From Desulfatiglandales bacterium (GTDB lineage: Bacteria > Desulfobacterota > DSM-4660 > Desulfatiglandales > HGW-15): DNA of 64,000 nucleotides. Each line of letters starts with the position of its first letter. Position 1 is the first letter of the stretch. This document shows, in pieces, positions 9,142 through 17,640 of the stretch. The stretch spans positions 128,001 through 192,000 of the forward strand of contig CAXXJJ010000004.1 of the NCBI GenBank assembly GCA_963667015.2. Direction: 5' to 3'. The notes below the pieces were generated by a model, which worked only from the letters and a program-made list of their open reading frames with translations, had not been told where the DNA came from and did no database searches. A program made the position numbers and the translations under genes.

Positions 9142-10614
9142 TTAATGAATCTTTTTCTTCTGTAATGTGTTGTATATCTCAATATATCTCTCTGCTGATT
9201 TTTTCCAGGAAAAATCCTCTTTCATGCCATTTACTACGATTCTTTTCCAAGCGGTTTTGTTATTATAAAGCCCAACAGCCTGTTTTATACACGCCAGCAA
9301 CTCCACGGAAGTAGCTTTGTTGAATTTGAATCCATTTCCTGCTCCGGTATCCGTGTCATACTGAAATACCGTATCATTCAAACCTCCTGTCGCCCTGACA
9401 AGAGGAACTGTTCCATATTTCAGTGCATACATCTGTGTAAGGCCGCATGGTTCATATCTTGAAGGAATAAGAAAGATATCTGAACCCGCCATTATTTTAT
9501 GTGCAAGGGAATCATTAAATCCTGTACCAATACCTATTTTCCCCCTATAAAGCTTTGCTGCATCCAGCATTGCTCCCTCAATGCTCCTGTCGCCCGAACC
9601 AAGGAGTACAAGACCCGCATCAAGAGCAATAACCTCATCCAGTATGTCCAGAAGTAGATCAAGGCCCTTCTGTTTATCGAGCCTCGAAACCATCCCAAAA
9701 AGTGGTCTGTTTTTCAGTGACGGGTCAAGGCCCATTTCTTCTAAAAGCCCTTTTTTGCACATGTTTTTTCCGGACATGTTTTTAACAGAATAGTTTCGGG
9801 GAATATACCTGTCTTTTTCAGGATTCCATACATTATAATCAACTCCGTTGATAATACCGAAAAGAGAATCCTTTTGATTGGCAAGAACTCCTTCCATGCC
9901 CATGCCGAATTCCGATGACTGGATCTCCTCTGCATAAGTCGGGCTTACAGTTGTGACTGCATCGGCATAGACAATGCCAGATTTTAGAAGGCTGAGATTT
10001 CCCCAGTACTCAAGGCCTTCCTGGTGAAAGAAATCGCTGCTCTTCAAGCCTGTTGCCGAAATTTTATGTCCGGGAAAGATGCCCTGATAGCCCATATTAT
10101 GGATTGTAAATATTACAGGTACACCGGAAAAGAATTTAACGCTGTACGGCCCCTTGAGGAGCGCCGGAATCAATCCTGTCTGCCAGTCATGGCAATGAAT
10201 TATATCCGGCTTAAAATTCAGGTGTTGACTGATTCCAAGTGCGGCATGGGAAAAAAAGGAGAAACGTTCAAGGTTGTCATAATAATCACCGTTTGAATCA
10301 CCATAAAGATTCGGCCTGCTGAAAAGGTCTTCCCGCTCGACAAAATATGTCGGGACACGTTTTTGCGATTTTGTCTCAAATATCTTTGCTGCAAGGGTAA
10401 TGTCGCCAACGGGTACAGTAAGCTCCTTTATTATTGGTGTTTTGTTCAGCATATTTTTCTTAACAACAGAATAAAGCGGCATGACAATCCTTACATCCAT
10501 GCCGGCTTCCTGAAGTGCGATTGGTAGAGCTCCGGACACATCTGCCAGACCGCCGCTTTTTGCGTAGGGGACTACTTCCGATGAAACAAAAAGTATTTTT
10601 AAACCGGATTTCAT
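9142..10614 (-). CDS. glgA: Glycogen synthase
   Basis: KSGGLADV, HCHDWQ, TIHN, PSRYEPCGL. Confidence 0.96.
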   Translation of the reverse strand: MKSGLKILFVSSEVVPYAKSGGLADVSGALPIALQEAGMDVRIVMPLYSVVKKNMLNKTPIIKELTVPVGDITLAAKIFETKSQKRVPTYFVEREDLFSRPNLYGDSNGDYYDNLERFSFFSHAALGISQHLNFKPDIIHCHDWQTGLIPALLKGPYSVKFFSGVPVIFTIHNMGYQGIFPGHKISATGLKSSDFFHQEGLEYWGNLSLLKSGIVYADAVTTVSPTYAEEIQSSEFGMGMEGVLANQKDSLFGIINGVDYNVWNPEKDRYIPRNYSVKNMSGKNMCKKGLLEEMGLDPSLKNRPLFGMVSRLDKQKGLDLLLDILDEVIALDAGLVLLGSGDRSIEGAMLDAAKLYRGKIGIGTGFNDSLAHKIMAGSDIFLIPSRYEPCGLTQMYALKYGTVPLVRATGGLNDTVFQYDTDTGAGNGFKFNKATSVELLACIKQAVGLYNNKTAWKRIVVNGMKEDFSWKKSAERYIEIYNTLQKKKIH

Positions 10615-10920
10615 TTGATCTCCACAGATTGATTAAAATAGTAGTTTTTATATAGAGAACCGAAAACCAAATCAAAATTATAAGAATCTATGAAATCCAA
10701 TCAAACCTGATTGTGGTAAACAATTCAAGTAATTTCGTACTTTTATAATAGACTTTAAAAGGAATAACTATTGTTATTGAACCTGTGTATATGATATAAA
10801 TTATGTTAAAATTCTATGAAAGTAAATAAACATAAAGATGTTATTCAAATATCTCTAATGAGCACAATAATGTATAACTTTTGTTTAATCTAATCTTTTG
10901 TATCATTTGGGAGAGGTGAA

Positions 10921-12186
10921 ATGAATTATAATACGGCACTCAGAGGATATACAGCAAAAAGAATTGAAGAAATTGAAACCGCTGATATATTGATGGGAAT
11001 ACCCAGTTATAACAATGAGAAAACAATAGCTCATGTTATCCAGATGGTAACCCACGGTCTGGCTACCCACTACAATGACAAACGTAGCGTAGTACTTATA
11101 GCTGATGGCGGTTCAACCGATGACACAAGAGAGGTTGCCAAGGAATTTGAAATCAAGCCATGGCAGGAAAAAATAGTATCAATATACAGGGGGCCCGGAG
11201 GAAAGGGGACTGCCCTCAGGTCGGTCTTTGAGGCTGCTAAAAGGCTCAATGTCAAGGTATGTGCCATGGTTGATTCTGATCTTAGGAGTATTACGCCCGA
11301 CTGGGTAAAATATCTTCTTGATCCCATCCTGAATCATGGATACCAGTACGTCTCACCAGTATATGTACGCCATAAATATGATGGAACAATTACCAACAAT
11401 ATAGTTTACAACCTGACAAGGGCCCTCTATGGAAAAAGAATCCGACAGCCCATTGGAGGGGATTTTGCCATATCAAATGATGTAGCCAAATTTTACACGG
11501 AACAGGATGTATGGGATACCGATGTCGCAAGGTTCGGAATTGACATCTGGATGACTACCAGCGCTGTAACCCAGGGCTTCAAGATATGCCAGTCTAATCT
11601 TGGTGTGAAAATTCACGATGTAAAGGATCCGGGACAACACCTGGGGCCGATGTTCAGGCAGGTATTATCCGCCCTTTTTTCCATGATGGAAAGATATGAG
11701 AGCAACTGGAAAGGTGTTAGGGGAAGTGAAGCACTGGAACTCTTCGGTTTTGAGGGTGCAATGGAACCTGAACCAGTTAATGTGAATCTTGAATTAATGA
11801 TAAATCTGTTTAAAACAGGCTATGAGCAGTTTTCATCCCTCTGGCAGAATATTCTAAGTAAGTCAAGTTTTGAGCAGATTACAGAAACTTCAAAAATGGA
11901 TTCCAAAAATTTTCATTTATCCACAGAGGCATGGGTTGAAATATTATATGAACTGGCAGCAACATATCACCTGTGGGATGTAAACAGAGAAAAACTGCTC
12001 GATATGATGACCCCTCTTTATTTTGGCCGGGTGGCTTCCTTTGTAAGGCAAAGCTGGGAAATGTCATCAATTGAAGCGGAAAGCCTCGTAGAAGATCAGG
12101 CTGTTAAATTTGAGAACCAGAAAGACTATCTCATTAAAGTGTGGGATAAAAAATCTGAAGAAAAGCTGATACATAACAAAAAATGA
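10921..12186 (+). CDS. GT-A glycosyltransferase, glucosylglycerate/mannosylglycerate synthase-like
   Basis: GIPSYNNE, DGGSTD, GKG, DSD (DxD), RQPIGGDF, FGIDIWMT. Confidence 0.75.
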   Translation: MNYNTALRGYTAKRIEEIETADILMGIPSYNNEKTIAHVIQMVTHGLATHYNDKRSVVLIADGGSTDDTREVAKEFEIKPWQEKIVSIYRGPGGKGTALRSVFEAAKRLNVKVCAMVDSDLRSITPDWVKYLLDPILNHGYQYVSPVYVRHKYDGTITNNIVYNLTRALYGKRIRQPIGGDFAISNDVAKFYTEQDVWDTDVARFGIDIWMTTSAVTQGFKICQSNLGVKIHDVKDPGQHLGPMFRQVLSALFSMMERYESNWKGVRGSEALELFGFEGAMEPEPVNVNLELMINLFKTGYEQFSSLWQNILSKSSFEQITETSKMDSKNFHLSTEAWVEILYELAATYHLWDVNREKLLDMMTPLYFGRVASFVRQSWEMSSIEAESLVEDQAVKFENQKDYLIKVWDKKSEEKLIHNKK

Positions 12187-12200
12187 TCAAGGAGTAGTAA

Positions 12201-12623
12201 ATGTTTAAGAATATTCTTGTTCCCACCGATCTGACTGATAAGAGTGTTAAAGCCCTGGAAATTGCCGTTGAAATGGTAAAAGATACACATTTTTTCATAA
12301 CCCTTCTTCATGTTGTTGAAACAATCGATGATGATGAAGGAGAAGAGGAATTCCAGGATTTCTACAATAAGCTTGCGGATCGTGCAGGAAAAAAGATGGC
12401 CGAACTGGCAGATAGATATTGTTCTGATAAAATCGATATTCATACTGATATTATTTACGGTAAGCGTGTGCCTGAAATTGTAAAATATGCTGCCTCAAAA
12501 AACATTGACCTTATAATCCTCAGTTCCCATAAACTTGAAGATATGGAGTCAATGGATGGCTGGGCAACAATAAGCTACCGTGTCGGCATACTTGCATCAT
12601 GTCCGGTCATGATGGTGAAATAA
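12201..12623 (+). CDS. Universal stress protein (USP)
   Basis: MFKNILVPTD...LLHVV...DLIILSSH...CPVMMVK. Confidence 0.9.
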   Translation: MFKNILVPTDLTDKSVKALEIAVEMVKDTHFFITLLHVVETIDDDEGEEEFQDFYNKLADRAGKKMAELADRYCSDKIDIHTDIIYGKRVPEIVKYAASKNIDLIILSSHKLEDMESMDGWATISYRVGILASCPVMMVK

Positions 12624-13084
12624 TGTCGGGAAATCACAAAGGAAACTTTTTTTATAGAAATATGTTTGCCAGAGTCATCCTGTGTATTGCAGTGACATTG
12701 GCTCTGGTTCATATTGTTTGCCTTGCGGAGGATAATCTTTCACCGGCAAAGGTTCCTCCTCCTGTGCTGAAAAAGGCTGTTCTTTGTGAAAAGGTCCTTA
12801 ACAGTACCAGGCCCATCAATGAAGGTGTTGTTTTTTCGGCAAGCCTTGGCCGACTGGTATGCTTTACATATTTTGAACCCGTGTATGAAGAGACAGTCAT
12901 ATACCATAAATTTTATTTTAAGGATAAATTGAGCTCCAAGTTTAAACTGGCCCTTGATCCTCCGCGCTATGCCCAAAAAAGCATTATATATTTGAGGGAA
13001 AGTGATAAGGGACCCTGGCGGGTTGAAATAACCGATGCTGATGATAACATATTCAGCACTATTCGATTCAGTATAACAGACTAG
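12623..13084 (+). CDS. Exported DUF2914-like protein
   Basis: TAATG coupling to the USP stop; hydrophobic signal segment; C-terminal GPWRVEI...FSI motif. Confidence 0.65.
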   Translation: MSGNHKGNFFYRNMFARVILCIAVTLALVHIVCLAEDNLSPAKVPPPVLKKAVLCEKVLNSTRPINEGVVFSASLGRLVCFTYFEPVYEETVIYHKFYFKDKLSSKFKLALDPPRYAQKSIIYLRESDKGPWRVEITDADDNIFSTIRFSITD

Positions 13085-13089
13085 TTAAT

Positions 13090-14535
13090 ATGCCAGAGAA
13101 TTTTTTTAATACAATCAGGTGGCAAGATGTTTTTGATATCCTGCTGATGAGTTATATTCTATTCAGGCTCTACGTCCTGTTTAAGGGGACCAATGTATTC
13201 CGCGTTCTTATGGGCCTGGCAGGTTTATGGTTTTTTCAGAAAATCGCGGTTTCCATGGGTTTAATTGTATCAAGCTCGGTGGTTCAGTCTTTTACTGCTC
13301 TTGCTCCAATAATAATAATTGTCATTTTCAGAAACGAGATAAGGTCGGTCCTTCAGGCAAAAAATTTCAGGGTTATATTCTGGGGAGTCCCTCGTTATGA
13401 AATTGAGACCCCGGTAGATATTATAGCAGAAAGTATGTTTGAGATGGCAGCAAAAGGAACCGGCGCTATTATAGTTATTCCCGGGAAGGAAGATATTTCC
13501 GATTCTGTTCACAGCGGTATCAGATGGGATGGCAGGATCTCAAAGGAAATGATTCTAAGTGTCTTCTGGCATGAAAATCCTGTACATGACGGGGCAGCTA
13601 TTGTAATGGGCAATAGAATTGTCCAGGTAGGGGCGGTCCTTCCACTTTCCCACAGAAAAGATATTCCATCTTATTACGGTATGCGTCACAGGGCTGCAGC
13701 CGGTCTCGCGGAAGCTACTGATGCTATGGTGATATTATCATCTGAAGAACGAAGAGATATTATCATCGCCAAATCCGGGAATATTACCCGCATAAAAAGC
13801 AAAACGGAGTTGTCTTCTCATATCAACAGTCACCTTGAAATACCTGAGAAAGAGCCAAACGACAAACGAAAACTGAATTTTGAGCTTGCCATGGCTGCAC
13901 TTGTTTCGCTGTTTTTTATTACAGGCATATGGCTCAGTTTTACCCGGGGAATAGATACATATATTACGCTGGAGGTTCCTATCCAGTATACAAACAGCAA
14001 CCCGGAAATGATTGTTGTGGATACATCTATTAAAAATGTATCCCTTGATCTTAGCGGTTCGGGTAGGCTTCTGAAAAGCCTTACCCCCGGTCAGGTCAAG
14101 GTAGGTATTGATCTGGGGGGCGGTGAAATTGGAAGGAACGTTTATAATATTACAGATGCAAATATTTCATTGCCTCCGGGCGTTTTATTACGAAATACGA
14201 CACCGTCATCTGTTGATATTATTCTCGATAAATTAACCAGGAAGAGTGTTCCGGTACAGGCCGACTGGAAAGGAACACCTGCTTCCGGTATCATGATAAC
14301 TGGTGTTTCTTTTAAACCAGAATTCGCAATAATCAGTGGCCCCAGTTTAATACTTAATGAAATATCTACTGTTTATACCGACAAGATTCCTCTTGCGAAT
14401 ATCATGCAAAGCGGAAAAATGGATGTTAACCTTGATCTGAATAATAAAGTAAAAATAGAAAACAGCGTTAACGGGAAATTTACCATGGAATATCTTGTTG
14501 AAAAACGAAAAGCCGTAGATGCTGACCAATCCTGA
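13090..14535 (+). CDS. Diadenylate cyclase CdaA fused to CdaR/YbbR-like domains
   Basis: Three N-terminal TM segments, HDGA and GMRHRAA DAC motifs, SEE, a fourth TM, then beta-rich YbbR-like repeats. Confidence 0.88.
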   Translation: MPENFFNTIRWQDVFDILLMSYILFRLYVLFKGTNVFRVLMGLAGLWFFQKIAVSMGLIVSSSVVQSFTALAPIIIIVIFRNEIRSVLQAKNFRVIFWGVPRYEIETPVDIIAESMFEMAAKGTGAIIVIPGKEDISDSVHSGIRWDGRISKEMILSVFWHENPVHDGAAIVMGNRIVQVGAVLPLSHRKDIPSYYGMRHRAAAGLAEATDAMVILSSEERRDIIIAKSGNITRIKSKTELSSHINSHLEIPEKEPNDKRKLNFELAMAALVSLFFITGIWLSFTRGIDTYITLEVPIQYTNSNPEMIVVDTSIKNVSLDLSGSGRLLKSLTPGQVKVGIDLGGGEIGRNVYNITDANISLPPGVLLRNTTPSSVDIILDKLTRKSVPVQADWKGTPASGIMITGVSFKPEFAIISGPSLILNEISTVYTDKIPLANIMQSGKMDVNLDLNNKVKIENSVNGKFTMEYLVEKRKAVDADQS

Positions 14536-14573
14536 AGAGAAAAAACTTAAAATATTTCCAACCGGAGAAGTAA

Positions 14574-15989
14574 ATGAAAAAATCTATTACGAAAACAAAA
14601 ATCGTCTGCACTATAGGACCATCAAGTGATTCCCCTGCTATTATTAAAGAACTGATACTTTCCGGTATGAATGTAGCCAGACTTAATTTTTCCCATGGCA
14701 GGCATTCTGAACATGGAGATAAAATCCAGATCATCAGGCAGTTATCAAAGGAACTTGATAGACCTATTGCCATATTGCAGGATCTTGCAGGCCCCAAAAT
14801 AAGAACAGGCATAATTCCTGATCCGGGTATAGAGCTTTCTCCCGGTAATACACTGATTCTAACTACCGAAAAGGTGGAAGGCGGCAATAATAGAGTGAGT
14901 GTATCAGATCCTGAGCTTCCTGATGTGGTTAAACCTGGAGACAGGATTCTTCTTGCAGACGGATTGATGGAATTGAAGGTTCAGGATATTCTTTTAAAAG
15001 AAATACACTGTGAAGTTATTACCGGTGGAATACTGACTTCCAACAAAGGAATTAATCTTCCCACTCGCAGCATTCGTATGCCTTCAATGACGCCGAAGGA
15101 TCATGACGATCTGAAGTTTGGCCTTGAAATGGGTGTTGATCTTGTTGCTCTTTCTTTTGTGCGAAATGCACAGGATGTAATTGATGTTAAGAATATTATT
15201 CAGAAAAGTAAAAGAACAGTTCCTGTCATTGCTAAAATTGAAAAACATGAAGCCATAGATAATATAAGAGAAATACTTGATGTCTCGGACGGATTGATGG
15301 TTGCAAGAGGAGATCTCGGTGTTGAGATCCCCCTTGAAAGGGTGCCTGTTATACAGAAACAGCTGATACGTATGGCAAACGAGGCTGGTAAACCCGTAAT
15401 TACAGCGACTCAAATGCTTCGCTCAATGGTTGACTCTCCCCGGCCAACAAGAGCAGAAGCTGGCGACGTTGCCAATGCAGTTCTCGACGGCACTGATGCG
15501 GTAATGCTTTCGGAAGAGACTGCTTCGGGCAATTACCCTGTAAATGCCGTACGACATATGTCCAAGATAGCGGGGTATGCCGAAATAATATATCCCCATG
15601 AAAAATTTATAAAAGCTGTACCCGGTAATAAAACCTACGAATCGGTAGCATATTCTGCCTGTGTACTTGCCCAACAGATCAATGCCTCCGTAATTATTGC
15701 TCCTACACGTTCAGGACGGACTGCGACTCGAATATCAAGATTCAGGCCCAGCTGTCCTGTTATTGCCATGTCTCCCAATATTGATGTTGTAAGATGGCTT
15801 TCAATCTTTTTCGGGTGTAATGCCTTTCTTATTCCTGAAATAGGAAGGTCCGGAAATATGATAGACGAGTTTTCACATTTTGCCCTTAAAACGGGAATCG
15901 TAGAAAAAGGTGATCTTGCTGTTATAACAGCCGGTGTTCCCGGAGGATATGAGCAGGCGACTAATATGATTGAGGTGGTTAGAATATAA
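14574..15989 (+). CDS. pyk: Pyruvate kinase
   Basis: KTKIVCTIGP, RLNFSHG, MVARGDLGVE, ATQML, DAVMLSEETA. Confidence 0.96.
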   Translation: MKKSITKTKIVCTIGPSSDSPAIIKELILSGMNVARLNFSHGRHSEHGDKIQIIRQLSKELDRPIAILQDLAGPKIRTGIIPDPGIELSPGNTLILTTEKVEGGNNRVSVSDPELPDVVKPGDRILLADGLMELKVQDILLKEIHCEVITGGILTSNKGINLPTRSIRMPSMTPKDHDDLKFGLEMGVDLVALSFVRNAQDVIDVKNIIQKSKRTVPVIAKIEKHEAIDNIREILDVSDGLMVARGDLGVEIPLERVPVIQKQLIRMANEAGKPVITATQMLRSMVDSPRPTRAEAGDVANAVLDGTDAVMLSEETASGNYPVNAVRHMSKIAGYAEIIYPHEKFIKAVPGNKTYESVAYSACVLAQQINASVIIAPTRSGRTATRISRFRPSCPVIAMSPNIDVVRWLSIFFGCNAFLIPEIGRSGNMIDEFSHFALKTGIVEKGDLAVITAGVPGGYEQATNMIEVVRI

Positions 15990-16023
15990 ATGACTTTTTT
16001 CAAAGGGGGTAAAGGAGGAAAAA

Positions 16024-17223
16024 ATGTCAGATAATTCGAAAAAAAAAGGTGTTATTGCAATACTTACAGGTGGAGGGGATGTCCCTGGTCTGAATCCGGC
16101 TATCAGAGCCATAACAATCAGGGCCATCAGGGAAGGTTATCAGGTGATTGGCATCCGGCATGGATGGCAGGGGACAATAGATATTATTCCTGATAAGGAT
16201 GTCGATAACTCAGATCATTACCAGGTACTTACCGAAGAAATAGTCAATAAGGCGGGTAGAACTGGAGGGACGTTTTTACACACTTCCAGGGCAAGGCCAA
16301 GCCATGTTAAAAAGGAAAGCGTACCAGATCATTTAAAAGACAAGTATACGGAAGAAGTTAATGACCTGACTCCCGAAGTTCTGAAAAATCTTGATTTTTT
16401 GGGCGTTGATTATCTGATTCCTATCGGTGGAGATGATACATTAAGCTATGGAGTAAGGCTCTATCAGGAGGGGGTAAAGGTCGTAGCAATTCCAAAGACA
16501 ATGGATAATGATGTCCCGGGAACTGATTACTGTATTGGTTTCAGCACCTGCGTTACCAGGACCATATCAATGACAAACAGTCTTCGTACATCTGCCGGGT
16601 CTCATGAAAGATTTCTGGTGATGGAGGTATTCGGGCGTTATGCAGGTTATACGGCCATGCTTCCTGCAATGGCCGGCGCTGCAAACAGGTGTGTCATTCC
16701 CGAACATAAATTTGATATTGAACTTTTGACTGAACTTCTGACTCAGGACAGGAATAAAAATCCAAGTCGCTATTCAGTTGTTCTTGTCTCTGAAGGTGCC
16801 ATGTTTGACGGCGGTGAGATGATTTTTCAGGAAGCCAGGACCGATGCCTATGGGCATAAAAAGCTTGGAGGAATTGGAGACCTTGTATCTTCAGAACTCA
16901 GAGAACGTTCCGCAAAATATAACAACGGAAGGCCGATTGAAATAATCAACCAGAAACTTGGTTACCTTGTAAGGGGCGGGGACCCTGATGCCATTGACTC
17001 GATTGTTCCAATGGCATATGGGAACCTTGCACTGGATCTTATTCTTGATAAGATACACGGTCGTATTGTGGTGCTGAAAAACGGAAGGTATGACAATATG
17101 CCTATTGAAGTTGTAACAAGTTCAAAAAAACTTGTAGATGTTGAAAAACATTATGACACTAAAAGATTAAGGCCTTTATATAAAAGCTTTGAAATGAAAC
17201 CTCTTTTTATTATGACTAATTAA
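16024..17223 (+). CDS. pfkA: 6-phosphofructokinase, probably PPi-dependent
   Basis: TGGGDVPGLN, GGDDT, PKTMDND, EVFGR. Confidence 0.9.
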   Translation: MSDNSKKKGVIAILTGGGDVPGLNPAIRAITIRAIREGYQVIGIRHGWQGTIDIIPDKDVDNSDHYQVLTEEIVNKAGRTGGTFLHTSRARPSHVKKESVPDHLKDKYTEEVNDLTPEVLKNLDFLGVDYLIPIGGDDTLSYGVRLYQEGVKVVAIPKTMDNDVPGTDYCIGFSTCVTRTISMTNSLRTSAGSHERFLVMEVFGRYAGYTAMLPAMAGAANRCVIPEHKFDIELLTELLTQDRNKNPSRYSVVLVSEGAMFDGGEMIFQEARTDAYGHKKLGGIGDLVSSELRERSAKYNNGRPIEIINQKLGYLVRGGDPDAIDSIVPMAYGNLALDLILDKIHGRIVVLKNGRYDNMPIEVVTSSKKLVDVEKHYDTKRLRPLYKSFEMKPLFIMTN

Positions 17224-17245
17224 ATATTTTCCCCATACCCACCCT

Positions 17246-17314
17246 GTCATCTCATTGTGAAAAAGAGAGGGAGGGTCCGTTAAATACAAATAACGGTTTT
17301 CACAATGAGAAGAC
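17246..17314. repeat. 18-bp inverted repeat with a nested hairpin downstream of pfk
   Basis: GTCATCTCATTGTGAAAA / TTTTCACAATGAGAAGAC (1 mismatch); inner CCGTTA/TAACGG. Confidence 0.6.
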
Positions 17315-17640
17315 CAACTCAATATTTTATCTGCCAATCCTTCAACTGGCGGAATATAATTTTTAAATTTTCATTAAGATAAAAATGTTTTCTTAAATAA
17401 CTAAAACAGGAATTGATTGAATAAACAGACTGATAATTTTCTTTTACTTAAGTAATAACTTATATAAAGTAAATTATTAATAAAATAAGAGGCTGATTTT
17501 TCGAAAAAATAAAAATAATATCGAACAGATGTCTTGTAAATTAGATTATTTTGTGTCAATCTGTCAAATACTTAAAGGTGTTTCATTAAAATATTATGTT
17601 AAGTTGAAAACCTAATTATTTTAAAATAAAAGATTGAAAT

